From a virus: 64,000 nucleotides of DNA. A program made the translations under genes and the position numbers. Positions 12,582-23,946 of the stretch are shown here, piece after piece (position 1 is the stretch's first letter; each line of letters starts with the position of its first letter). The notes below the pieces were generated by a model. The model saw only the letters and a list, made by a program, of their open reading frames with translations. It made no database searches and had not been told where the DNA came from. The stretch is from the IMG/VR virus record IMGVR_UViG_3300045988_019695, positions 32,001 to 96,000 of that record, one strand, 5' to 3'.

Positions 12582-12661
12582 AATTTTTCAATTAGTTGTT
12601 GCAATGCCAAGCTCCCACCCGATTTTTGGGTGGGGTTGAACATTGTATATTATTTAATTAA

Positions 12662-13831
12662 TTAGAGCTCTGCTGCTCTGTTCTCAACTGAGATAGACTC
12701 CTGGTCTTCAGCATCACAGTACAAGATACCACATGACAATGGATTTCTCAACATGATACCCTCTTCACCGAGGAAGTGTACCTGGTAACCATCACGGCTG
12801 TTAGAACGCATAGTGTTGATATTGTTTGCATAACCATTTGGCAATACAGAACCACCAGTACACCACTGTACGAACTCACGGCCCTTACGACATACCTTAA
12901 CGATGTTAGCCTGACCATCACGACGACCAAGGTCAACGAACAAGAATGTGTAAGACATCAATGGCTTACCTGTCAATGGGTGAAGCTGACGGAACATCTC
13001 CATGTTATCGAACATAGCGCAACGCTTAACTGTCAACTCAATACCATTAGTCATAGTGTAAGTTGTGAACTGACCACCCAACTTCAAGTCCTGACCAGAA
13101 CCTGTAATGAAGTGTGTATCAATCATATTGAAACTAGCTGCCTTCTCCTTCAAGATACGGTCGAATTCACGGATACCCATCTCACCAGTCAAAGCAACGA
13201 ACTTACGCTCATTAGTACCAATAATGTTGTAGCAGAGATCGAACAAGTAATCCTCGAACAACTCTGTAGTCAGCTTTGTATAATAACGTACATTAGCTGG
13301 AGCAATCTGCTCAAACAAACCTGCAGAGATTGGAACGAAACGACCATTAGTACCCTTCAAATTGTAAGTACCATCTGCGTTACGGTTAGAGTGAGCGAAC
13401 AGCAACTGCTTCTCCTCTCTCTTCTTCCACTCACGAAGAGCCTTCCAATACTGATAGTCAGACCACAAATAAGACTTCTTACCTGTCTCAGGATCAGTCA
13501 AAGCGATAGCCAATACTGTAGAATAAGCATCACCTGTGATATCGTAAGTAAGACGCATAGTCATCAAGCTATTACGCATCTTAAATGGAGTCTGATAGTT
13601 GATGATATCTGCCTCATCACTGTACTCCTCATATGCAGAACCGATACGGTCTACCTGACGGCCTGGGAGCAAATACTCGCAAGGAATATAAGAACCCTGG
13701 AAACCTTCTGCTACGTAGCACTCATATACCCATGTGCTACCATCCTGGTATGGAGTACCATTTACACGTACCTGGAAGTTTACATTGTCAAATGCCAAAA
13801 TAGCGCCTGGCTTTTTATTCACTCGGAGTCG
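12662..13831 (-). CDS. major capsid protein, exon 2 (C-terminal about 386 aa)
   Basis: Long TAG-free ORF directly after a scaffold-like gene. The open frame extends up to the TAA at 13832-13834. Together with 14674-15075 it gives about 515 aa, a crAss-like MCP size. The identity call is positional plus my recollection of the family; it is not alignment-verified. Confidence 0.6.
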   Translation of the reverse strand, partial: RLRVNKKPGAILAFDNVNFQVRVNGTPYQDGSTWVYECYVAEGFQGSYIPCEYLLPGRQVDRIGSAYEEYSDEADIINYQTPFKMRNSLMTMRLTYDITGDAYSTVLAIALTDPETGKKSYLWSDYQYWKALREWKKREEKQLLFAHSNRNADGTYNLKGTNGRFVPISAGLFEQIAPANVRYYTKLTTELFEDYLFDLCYNIIGTNERKFVALTGEMGIREFDRILKEKAASFNMIDTHFITGSGQDLKLGGQFTTYTMTNGIELTVKRCAMFDNMEMFRQLHPLTGKPLMSYTFLFVDLGRRDGQANIVKVCRKGREFVQWCTGGSVLPNGYANNINTMRSNSRDGYQVHFLGEEGIMLRNPLSCGILYCDAEDQESISVENRAAEL

Positions 13832-14676
13832 TTAATTCCGAATCGCTAGCTATGGCATTCTCGCTAGCAGCTTCATCTTTCGATGAAGAATTGACTATAT
13901 CACAACCCTAAAGAAAGGGTTTCCAGTACTTCGGGTCACTTGACCCTACACCGTGGTTAGCGGTTAGTCGATGAACCTTCAAGTCTACTTTGTCAACACG
14001 AAGACCTTTAAGCAATCCAGCTTTAATATAGTCTCCTGTGTTCGCATGTTTTTGAATTAAACCATAAGTATAACCACTTATTCTAAATTGCTTTCTCAAA
14101 GCTTTAAACCCATATATGGTAAACTGCGCTCCATTGTAAACATTAGTAAATACATATGCAACCTGCGGACCATCTTTTGTATGTATTGGATGGTTAAAGC
14201 AATGTCCTTTAAACAGTCCATGTTCCTTTCCGTGTTGTATATTATATTCTGGTGTGCACCATTCTAGATTAGATAGATAATTATTTAATTTATTTCCATC
14301 TATATGGTTTACTTGTGGTAAATTGTTTGGATTATCTAGAAATGTCATAGCTACAAGTCTATTGACTCTATAGTCGTATCTTTTACCATCTTTAGTAAAA
14401 GTGACATGCAGATAACCTCTTTTATTTTTACTCGGCGATAAAAATTTATTACTTCTATGTGACCAAATATCACCATGTGTTGTACATGCGTAAAGACCTT
14501 CCCATCCCGGTATGTCTTTCATCTAGTAGCCTTGCTCGGCTGCTGATTGTCCATTTTTTATATTATTCATATATCTATAATTTTATTTATAACTCTATGG
14601 TATAAAATTCTTTAGGAGTTTCCAGCAATTCTCTGGATTTTTCAATTTATATTACTATAAAAGGCGGCACAGGTTA
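13832..14676 (-). mobile_element. group I-like intron (minimum core) carrying an HNH homing endonuclease, interrupting the capsid gene
   Basis: The interval is bounded by the stop closing exon-1 read-through (14674-14676) and the stop opening the exon-2 frame (13832-13834). The 3' part has a GAAA-capped hairpin (TTCTTCATC GAAA GATGAAG) and a GCTAGC...GCTAGC stem. True splice sites lie a few to tens of nt outside this core. Confidence 0.6.
13908..14522 (-). CDS. HNH homing endonuclease (NUMOD4-like N-terminus plus HNH_3-type core)
   Basis: Motifs IPGWEGLYACTTHGDIWS and VNHIDGNKLNNYLSNLEWCTPEYN. 204 aa with no internal TAG; the ORF ends in TAG. Confidence 0.85.
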   Translation of the reverse strand: MKDIPGWEGLYACTTHGDIWSHRSNKFLSPSKNKRGYLHVTFTKDGKRYDYRVNRLVAMTFLDNPNNLPQVNHIDGNKLNNYLSNLEWCTPEYNIQHGKEHGLFKGHCFNHPIHTKDGPQVAYVFTNVYNGAQFTIYGFKALRKQFRISGYTYGLIQKHANTGDYIKAGLLKGLRVDKVDLKVHRLTANHGVGSSDPKYWKPFL

Positions 14677-15075
14677 TGCGCTATAGAACCTACCGAACCA
14701 CTTCTCTTCCAAGCCAAGATAAATAGGAGTGTTATTAATACCTGGAGTCAAACCATCTTTAATTGACTTAGGTGTAATTTCCTTACCATTCCACTTAGCG
14801 TAGCGGATATTAACAGCGTGATCAGCGTCAATCATTACAGACCACTCATACTCTCTATTTTCGATAGTCATGGTTGAACCAAGACCACCAGTTAGTAAGT
14901 CGATAGTAGTTGAAATACCATCATCCTTTGTACCAAAAACCAATGACAACAAGCCTGCTACCTCATGAGGCTTTGTAAGCATTGCGTTAGCAATCATGTT
15001 TTCGTCTACCAAGTCAGCAAAACGCTTACCACGATAGAGCTGAAGATTATTTAATAAAGAACTTGAATTATTCAT
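14674..15075 (-). CDS. major capsid protein, exon 1 (N-terminal about 125 aa; the last codons of this ORF are intron read-through)
   Basis: ATG 15073-15075 lies 18 nt after the upstream gene. The ORF is TAG-free and runs into the AT-rich intron, stopping at TAA 14674. Confidence 0.55.
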   Translation of the reverse strand: MNNSSSLLNNLQLYRGKRFADLVDENMIANAMLTKPHEVAGLLSLVFGTKDDGISTTIDLLTGGLGSTMTIENREYEWSVMIDADHAVNIRYAKWNGKEITPKSIKDGLTPGINNTPIYLGLEEKWFGRFYSA

Positions 15076-15093
15076 AATATGTTAATTGTCTCA

Positions 15094-16290
15094 TCATAGG
15101 TATTTTGACGCGAGATCCCATGCCTGAGGTTGTTTTTCATGCCCAACATTGTATGATGTATGATTTTTTGTTTGGTGTTTGAGCATTTGTCTAAGTTTAC
15201 TCGCAGCAGATGTCTGACCATTGCGCTGTGCTTCGCCCAGTAGAGCATCACCCTTCATTGTGAAGTAGGCTGATTCTATCAAATTGTTAACAAGGTTATT
15301 ATTAAAAGCCTTCTGATACTCTGTTAAACCGTCTACATCAGTTCTTGTAATATAATCGAACAACGCTTTTCTATCCTCCTTTGGGATATTGATACCTCTA
15401 ATATTAGTAAGACCGTTGATATTAGATGTAAGGTCATTCATGAACTGTGCAGCTTGCTGCTCCTGTTTCTGTCTTTGAGCTTCCTGTTGCTGAGCCATAT
15501 ACTCTTGCTGTTGCTGTTCGTACGCCTTAAGATAATTTACAGCATCAGCTGCTTCATCTTCCAGCATGTCAGCATCTTCATAGCGCTCAATCTTGCGACT
15601 AATCTGTTCGTCATTCATTCCCTGTAATCTATAGAACTCACGAACAGCTGCTTTCTGATTAGATTCGTCCTCCAAATCTATGTTATCGTAATACATAGAT
15701 TTCTGTTGTGTCTGATAGAAGTCTTCAAATTTACCACCATTCTTTACGTACTGATCAAGTCTAGCAATACGATCATCAGCGTACTATGGTGTTGAATTCT
15801 CATCTACGACATCTTTGATATACTCCACGAGGTCCTCGACTGACTTAGGTTTCTCGTCTGCATCAACACTCCAACCATTAGCTTCAGCGAATGCGTCAAA
15901 GAAAGCACCAATCTATTCTGCTTCTCCAGGATCTACGACGTCGGTGTCAGTCTGCTGATCATTATCATCATTGTCGCCATCCTATTCGTTGTCAACTGTA
16001 GTTGTGTCGGACGTATTATTATTTAAAATATTATCTGGGATCTGTGTATCATCATCATGAGCATTAGGATCACCAGTTACATTCTTATTATCTTTATTAT
16101 CCTCAGAAGACTTGTCGTCATCTGGATTGTCTAAATTATCAATATCATCATTAGGGTCATCTAACACCTGATTAACCACATCCTGGTTATCGATGTCTGT
16201 AACGCTGTCGCCACCTTCCTGGCCACCGAACCCTAGAGAGTTCAAAGCGTCTTCAAAATCACCTAATGGATTTTTCTTCTTTCTTGCCAT
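15094..16290 (-). CDS. acidic / Gln-rich coiled-coil protein, possible scaffolding protein (398 aa, 3 in-frame TAG)
   Basis: ORFs 15982-16290 and 15094-15696 are in one frame. Gap scan shows TAG only. It has a D/N-rich acidic N-terminus and the segment QQQQEYMAQQQEAQRQKQEQQAAQ, and sits immediately upstream of the capsid gene. Confidence 0.45.
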
Positions 16291-16360
16291 AATTTAAATT
16301 ATAACTAAGTTAATATTTTTAATTGTCGTACGCTACACGGGATTCGAACCCGTATAATGT

Positions 16361-17971
16361 TCAATGTTTCCAACCTGCTGCATTATGTGCAAAGTTGGCT
16401 TTCTTTCTCATAGCTGCACTATACTTACTTGGATTACTTAAAACTCTATTAGCAAAACTTTGGATACTCATACCATGCTATTTAGCTGCTTTAGTAAATG
16501 TTCCACGCTTAGATTTCTTGATATGTATATCTTTACCAGAATTAAATTTTCTTTTATTTGTTGGTATTTTGTTTCGTTCTACGATACCAACACTTTCTCT
16601 AAATTGACTCTCTACTGGAGAAGCTGGATTATATACAACATTCTTATAATGCCCATCAAATAACTATCCTCTAGGCTATGCATTACTTAATGCATCTAAC
16701 AGATCTTCAGGAAGATTTTTTGAATTTAAAATATCAGTATCATGTACCTATGATGTATATTTCGGCCTAAGAACATAATCCATAAACTAATAATCTTTTA
16801 GTCTTGGTCTATTAGCTTTTGCAGCCTCTTCTAGTAAAGCCTATTCAAACTCACTACCGTAATCTCTAGGTTTTTCTAAAAGAAAACGTCCAGATTTTCT
16901 TGAATCGGCATTTTTCTGCATTAATTCAAATGCTTTGCGAAGTTTCTGATTAGTGTTCTAATCAAATACCTAAATGTTCTTTGTTGGGACTTTTATGTTT
17001 TCTCCAAACGTAAAAGTGTCAGAAGGTCTAGTAGATATAACGTTTTTACCAAGTAAACTTTTACCAGGGAATCTAAGTATTGGTCTAGTACTCCAATCTC
17101 CACCAGAATTTGGAAGAACTGGATAATCTGTAGTAAAGTTACTTATTAGCGGACTTACATCGCCAGAGTCATAAGCAAATCTACTATTTATTGGAGATAC
17201 TATAGTATATTTCTAGCTCATATCTGGTAAAATACTATACCTTCTATACAAGTCTGGAAACTATGCGTCGAACCCATATTTAATCTTTCCTCCAATATAT
17301 CTAAGGTATTGAGCATTCGGATTGTCACTAAAGTATATTTGTTTTGCGACATTTTTTATTTCCGGTAAAGCCTTTCCTGCTACTGGAACCATTCCGAGAA
17401 CGCCATATGGATTACCATCTGATAACTCCTTTGCACCTTTTAATGCAAAATACATATCAGCAGCAGGCTATGTTATTGGATGTAAAGCAAGTGCAGTCAT
17501 TCCACCATCTATAGCATCAGCTACTTCTCCTTGCCAAGTTTTCTAATACTGAGCATTCTATATATCTTTCTTCGTCTAAAGATCTGACATATATTTATCA
17601 AATGCAGCATCACCCATATATTCTTTAAGATCCATAAGTTCTTTATTGCGTTCTGCAGCATCTACTTTGGAAATGTCTCGCTAATTAACATTTACTTCCT
17701 GCAATCGTCTATTAACACGTTCTCCTGTTTTTAGTATATCTTGTCCTGTGTATGGATCGTGTCCAACAATGTCTCTAAGATAAACCATTCTAGCATCATC
17801 TCCAGTATCAAATTTAGGAATCTTAAGTTTCTTTCTAAGCTACTTCTCAGCTATCTACTAATCTGCTTCAGCCTATGCTTTTCTTCTACGTTTAATCTTA
17901 CGAAAGAGCTTATGACGCTGATAGTCATTCTTCTTCTGCATCTTTCGCTTAGGACTTTCCATCTATGTCAT
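16361..17971 (-). CDS. large virion-associated protein (536 aa, 20 in-frame TAG)
   Basis: ATG 17969-17971 forms an ATGA overlap with the upstream TGA. TGA is at 16361. Every line was scanned: TAG only. C-terminus is KRGTFTKAAKQHGMSIQSFANRVLSNPSKYSAAMRKKANFAHNAAGWKH. Confidence 0.6.
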
Positions 17972-18996
17972 AATTGCATCAGTTTAAGATTATTACCTCT
18001 TCTCTACCAGAACTTCTAGCCATAAGAATCTTTGCCAAAATTATTCTAAGGAAGTAGGTTAAGTATATTCGGAAGTGAAGGCTATGTTATTCTATCGTAC
18101 ATCTACTGTTTATACTAATCAAGATCGCGCTATTGCTAAGCTTTAATTTCTTCCTAAGTTGGACCAAGTAAAGCTGCTGGAACATCTGCTCTAATAGTAC
18201 TAGGCTATCTTGTAGAAGGAGAGTTTATTATTATAGGACTAACATTCTTAGCGTCCTCATAGTCCTGTACGAGATCATTAAACTGTACATTATAGTTATA
18301 GGCATCCTTATGTGCATTCCTATGATAATAAGCCGCCTTAACAAGGCTATCCATACCTCTAAGATTTCTAGAATAGTTCTCAAGAGAATCTTCATAATAC
18401 CCTTTCTGCTTAAGCGCTCTTGCATAATCCTGTGTAGATTTAGCTCTAAGCGCTTCTCCATATCTAGTATGCATAAGTCTTACATAGTCCTTAACAAAAT
18501 CTGCATCACTCTTGTATGTAGTATAGGTCTTACCATTCCAGCCTACGCCACCATAGTTGTGCTATTGCCTAGCAACTCTAGATCTACCGTAGTTAGATTC
18601 ATATGCAAGCTGACGCATTACATTATAGTATGCAGCATCACCGTATCCGTATCTGCTTAGCTATTGTCCTACAAGAGGGCCCATTCTGTGAACAAAAGTA
18701 TTAATAGAATCATTCTTTCCTCCTTTGTATTTATGCAGTATTGGATGTTCTTCGTTTAATGGAGTATCAAAAGGTAATGGCTTAATAATGTCTTCAGCTA
18801 TATTAACATCTTTACCTTCATTGTAAGCATTAAGTATAGACTATACATTCTAATCAATCTACTACTACTCTTCTGGACTAGGTTCATCAGCCTGGGTGTC
18901 TCCACCCAAGTTGATTCCTCTAATGTCTTTCCAGTAATCAGCGCCATTCTTCCACGCCTCATACTTCTACTAAAATGTCTTATTATCTAACTTCAT
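17968..18996 (-). CDS. virion protein with glucosaminidase (peptidoglycan hydrolase) domain (342 aa, 19 in-frame TAG)
   Basis: YESNYGRSRVARQQHNYGGVGWNGKTYTTYKSDADFVKDYVRLM..YARALKQKGYYEDSLENY resembles the LytD/FlgJ-type N-acetylglucosaminidase signature. ATGA overlaps are present at both ends. Confidence 0.6.
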
Positions 18997-19391
18997 GCTA
19001 TAGCCTCCTCATACTCTTCTTTAGAAATCTAAATAAATGTACAGTTAAGTTTTCCGCAGTATCCCTACTTTTGTTTAAAGCAATACTATATAGCTCCTTT
19101 ATCAATTCCTAACTATCTAGAAGCTTCTCTCAAAGACGGATAATACTTTACATCGTTAGAAAAAATAACTTTTAACCAATATCCTTTTGGTCGATTGCTA
19201 TAATCTGAATATCGTTTTCTTACTGCAGAATGTTCACCATATTTATTCCATGCACTCTACAAGTGAGCGTTTACATGTTTGTTTGCCCTAAGGTTTCTAA
19301 GATGTTCTTTAAAACGTTGCTCTATATGAATAGAGCTACCAATATACCGTTTACCATTTACGGTATTATAAATCTAATAAACTCCACTCAT
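18993..19391 (-). CDS. GIY-YIG family homing-endonuclease-like protein, short form (132 aa, 6 in-frame TAG)
   Basis: Motif GVYQIYNTVNGKRYIGSSIHIEQRFKEHLRNLRANKHVNAHLQSAWNKYGE, plus a C-terminal LGIDKGAIQYCF helix-turn-helix-like segment. It is free-standing between the portal gene and the hydrolase gene. Confidence 0.7.
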
Positions 19392-19393
19392 AA

Positions 19394-21877
19394 TTATTTA
19401 CTTCTAGCAGCTTCTGCATTCGTTTTATTGCGTATGGCCGTGCGAGCCTTAAGTTTCTCGCGTTCATAAGCAGCATCGTCTTTAGCCTTCTACAGCTCTG
19501 TCTCATGCTTCATCTTATCCTTCTCAAGCTAAATCTTCTGATCTTCTATCTCACGCTTCTGCTTAGCTTCGTAACGCTTATTATAAGCCTCTTGATTAAT
19601 CTTCTGCTGTTCAAGAGCCTGTTTGCCAAGTTCAGCGACATCAGGTATTCCGTTATCGTTTTGATCCATATCTTCTGTTCCACGATAAGCATTAATCTGC
19701 GCTACAGCTATCTTAGTCTGATTATCTTGATCAATCTGATATCTCTGAAGATCCATCTGAGCTTCCTATAGCATAAGTTCTTGCTGCTTAGCTTCATTCT
19801 GCATCTGCTGTAACTGCTGTTGCTGTTGTGCTTCTGTCTCTTGCTGCTGTTGCTACATCTGCTCCTGTCTAGTCTACATATCCTTAAGTTTCTGCTTAAT
19901 GATATTGAAGTTGTCGTTTGTAAGAATCTCTGCGGCTTCAAGTAAGCTAGCACCATTCTGCATAGCTGGCTGTATAAGCTGCTGAAGTTTCTGTATGTTC
20001 TCAAGGTCTTTAGATGTATCACTTACGAACACATCCATGTCCTCATAGTAAAACTTAGGAGTAATGTCCAAGAATGCTCTTTCTCCATTATCAAAGATAT
20101 ACTGGAGCTTCTGTTTACCAGTCTCTTCCCAAGCACCCTTAGCTGTATTAAGGAGCATATTAAGTACTCTTCGCTTGCACTGGTTATGAACCCAGAACAA
20201 TGGTTCAGTAATATGTGAGCTCTGTACTACAGATCTTTCTACATTACCTACCATCTCAGATGAGCTTACTGCTCCTTCACGCTGCTATGTAATACCAGAT
20301 ATTGTTCCAGCCAGTTCTTCTATCTTATCCATAAGCTGTATATATTCAGCTATTACGTTAGACATTGTAAGATCCAATGCTGTTATCTGATTAAACTGAG
20401 CAGGCTTGCCACCCTCTCTTCCTGGAATATTCCATCCTTCTTCATATGGGTTAATAAAGTTAACACCAACACTAGACAGATAGTGCATCCATTTAGCTGG
20501 GCTAATATTCATAGACTTAGGAATCTATGTAATATCCATGTTTACAACCTTACCTTTATCTCTAGCGATAGCCAATTCAAGTCTGTACCATAATACAATA
20601 TACATATACTGCAATGGTTTAAGAATGCTAACCAATGATCTAGGCTTACTATTTGTATTGCTATAAATAGCACCACAATAAGGAAGTTTCTGGCTATTAG
20701 GATTATCGATGCTTACATGCTGATATTCAATAGGCTGTATACCAAAGTATAAGTCACTACCAGCCCTGTATCCTTCCCATACCTCTACAATCCAATCTGG
20801 TTCTACGCTAATCTCGTTACCAACAGGTTGATATGTCTCATCAACTATATTGATCTGAGGCTGTCCTGCATCATCTGTAGTAGTTACATAGAATATCTTT
20901 TTGAAAGACTTCCAGCAACAATGCCATACATTTACAAGAGACTTACCAGCTCCCTCGAATATAGGATTATCGTATATACGTAACTGTATACCCATATCAA
21001 CAGGACTTCTATCTCCAAGGTTTCTACCAGGAGTAGAGCCAATCATTTCTTCAAGCTTGTCAAGGTCTTTTTCTTCAAGCTTATCATAATATCTATCGTA
21101 TACTTCTGTAATAGGCATACGCATCTTTCTACAGCACCATGATCCATCTTCGATGAATTCTAAGTCTGGACTCTTATCGTAAGAGAAGTATATAGGATTA
21201 ACTCTTTCGACATACGGTTCTGCATTAAGTACGCCAACATAATAAATTTCTCTACCTGAGATCAATCCATCCTTCCATCCTTTGATAAACTCGTTATCAA
21301 GATCAAGTCTTTCTCTTAGATAGGTAAGCGTATGATACGCCGTATTTTCTACAATATCTTTGTAATCCTTATCCATGTATTTAGCTATCTATTCTGGAGG
21401 CATAACTTCACCAGACTTTAGCTATTCCTGAAACTACTGAGCTTCTTCTGGACTCATTCTAGCTGTGATAGATGCTTCTATATATTGTAGTATCATCTAC
21501 TTCTCTTTCTCCTGCATTTCTGATGTTGCCTCCTATGAAGTTCTGATAACTCTGAAGTTAAGAGGTCTTTTTGTCTCCTCGCCTATAAGCAAGTCTACTT
21601 TAGGTCTTATGATATTAAAGTCATGAGGAGTAGCAGGAAAACCATCCTCGACCTTGAATGGGTTTGTAATTGATTTAAAATCCTTCTCGTCGAAGATGCT
21701 GTTGTATAAATTATAATAGGTCTACAGCTCTCCGTAATATGATGTACTATTTCCTCCAGATGTTACGTTACCTTCACCTATAATATAGTTAACGCAATCT
21801 TCCTGCCACTTCTTTCCTTTCTTTGAAAGAGGGAGCTTTTGTCTGGGGAAAGCTGAATTGTATAAGTTATCTTCCAT
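19394..21877 (-). CDS. portal protein (827 aa, 13 in-frame TAG)
   Basis: ORFs 20525-21376, 20285-20512, 19874-20254 and 19529-19756 plus N- and C-terminal extensions form one frame. Scan shows TAG only. It follows TerL, has portal size, and carries a Gln-rich C-terminal tail. Confidence 0.75.
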
Positions 21878-21880
21878 GTA

Positions 21881-23944
21881 TTAAAATGTGAATATCGGCA
21901 TACCGTCTTCACTTGTGCTGCTATCTTCTTCAAACCATTGTTTGCTAAATAACGGCATCTCGAAGAGTTCAACCTATTTGTTTTGTTCTTTTGCAGACGA
22001 CACCTTTACCTAATAGAGCTCCTCTCTGTATATCATTACCATACACAAAGCTATTACACGGTCTACATTTCGTACACCATCATTCTCTATAAGCTCTTCT
22101 ATTAGAGGTTCGCTGTATACTCTTTCTACATTAGGGTGACCTTCTTCAAACTCATCTAACAGCCACTCTAATATTAATCCTTCGCCATACGCCCTAATCT
22201 ATTTGGTCATGTGGCATCCTTTTCTTCTTTGTACTTTACTGTCTTTAAAGACTTCAGATATGATTTTATCCGGCTAATCAGCCAAGAGGTAATCGCAGTG
22301 TTTATTCGTAAAGTAAGGGTAGATTCCTTTTCTTTCATTCTCAAATAATAATCTAGCATTGTAGAATGTAAGTAGCTTACGCACATTCTCATAGTATTCT
22401 TCTGCCGTATCTGGTCTTCCAGAATACTCTGCTACTATCACATCTGTCCATGCTTCTCCAGCTCTTACTCTCTTAAATATAAATGTAGAACCAAGAGAGT
22501 TTGTAAAGCTATCGTCGTGATCATATGGGTCGCATCCTCCTATGTATAAACCAAGTGGAGGATCCTTTACTGGGTATTCCCATATAACTACAGAGCCATG
22601 AGGCTTATCTCCCTTCTTAAGAGGGTAGTTGGTTATATCCCCACTAGGCTTTTCTGTAGCCTTTACTTGGCCATTTCCATCCCATTCTAGATCAACTATA
22701 TGCTTCATGCTTTGAAGCTTCTTGTTGGTCCTTATTCTTGTTAACTGATCCATCAATAACTTTCTAGGGAATATATTCTTACCTAGCTCCAATACAGCCT
22801 CTGCTGGTCTTATAGGACGCTCTGATATAAAACGGTCTATTGATTGCTAACTAGCACCTCCGTCCTTTACTTTATTTCTCTGATCTATAAGATTCTGTAT
22901 AGCTTTCTCTTTATAGCTATTTCCATCCTTATCCATGTAAACCTAATTGCCATCATCGTCGAATGACTCTAGGTTTGAATATGCTGGAACAAAGAATGCG
23001 CATTCAGTGTTCTCTCTACCTTCGTCCCATATATTAGGAAAGCTGAGAACATTGTAAGACTTAGGCTTGTAGAATAACTCTTTCAATCCTTCAAAGCTAG
23101 CACCTTCTGTACCACCGGTACCAAATGCTATCATCAATCCGAACGCTTTACCATCATCGGTTTCTACTGAAGGCTGCTCTATACGCCATGCATCAAGAAG
23201 GCTAGGGAACTTACCTCCCTCCTCCCATAGTACAAGCTTAGCACGAGTACCACGCACACGCTCTGGGTCATTCTTAAGTGTTATACCTGTTATACTGGAC
23301 AGATATCCTTGCTCTGTCTACTTACCAAACTCATCTGTAATCTTATAACCTGATGTTCTCTCCATACGTGTAGACACAAGTCTTTGCTTAGCCCACGCTG
23401 TATGTTTATCAAGGAAGTCCATTATCTGCCAGGCTTTAGTTAACAAACCATCACCTATAAGGAATTTCTACTCTGACGCTATAGCAAAGTTCTTTGAGCC
23501 AGGTATAAGCATATAGTTTCTAACCAACATAGATCCTCCCTTAAATGAGTATCCTCTCTGTCTGCATTTAAGTACAGCCATATGTTTACCTTCAAGCTCT
23601 GCTTGTTCTATAGCGCAAAAATAATAGTAATCATAGTCCCAAAAACTAGGGAACTCAAGTATACGTTGTCTTCTCTTTCTTAGGTTACCCTCTCTATCTG
23701 TATACTCTTCTTCCTTAAGTCGCATGATTGGACTATAATTTAGATAGAAGTAGTTGTATCCGGTTATACCTTCGCCATCTGGAGCTGTATAACCATTAAG
23801 GCATCTATCTGTTTCTTGCTCCCAATATTTGTTATAATCAGTAGTACCTCTAGGAGCTAAGGTATAGCATCCATGTTGCTGAAAGAATATAGCTGCCTAT
23901 CTGAACTTATCAGTATCATGGAGCTTCTAATTAAAGTCTATCAT
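21881..23944 (-). CDS. terL: terminase large subunit (687 aa, 10 in-frame TAG)
   Basis: ORFs 23468-23725, 22943-23257 and 22274-22792 plus extensions share one frame. Scan shows TAG only. The segment LKCRQRGYSFKGGSM resembles a Walker-A-like ATPase region, and the C-terminal nuclease half ends at TAA 21881. Confidence 0.8.
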
Positions 23945-23946
23945 AA

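Noticed and set aside
12610-12640. Hairpin CCCACCC..GGGTGGG after the capsid gene, considered as a Rho-independent terminator
   Set aside because: The stem is good, but on the coding (minus) strand it is not followed by a T-run; the T/A run is in the loop. It is left unannotated.
12776-13849. 357-aa plus-strand ORF antisense to the capsid gene; similar antisense ORFs at 28545-29195, 42071-42565, 46157-46810, 51937-52506 and 7674-8285
   Set aside because: These are shadow ORFs opposite long, well-supported genes. Their translations are low-complexity (Leu/Ser/Ile/Cys-rich) with no recognisable motifs and no sensible start context.
16337-16353. T-arm-like hairpin ACGGG TTCGAAT CCCGT just after the stop of gene 16361-17971, considered as a tRNA
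   Set aside because: No acceptor partner, D arm or anticodon arm exists within 90 nt. The upstream sequence is the C-terminal coding region of the gene. It is probably a 3'-end hairpin, though its T-loop sequence matches the theme of the other mimics.
16361-18996. A single giant gene with a programmed frameshift joining the glucosaminidase protein to the 536-aa protein
   Set aside because: The two parts are in different frames but meet at a clean ATGA stop/start overlap (17968-17971). The first frame ends in a genuine TGA, so two genes is the simpler reading.
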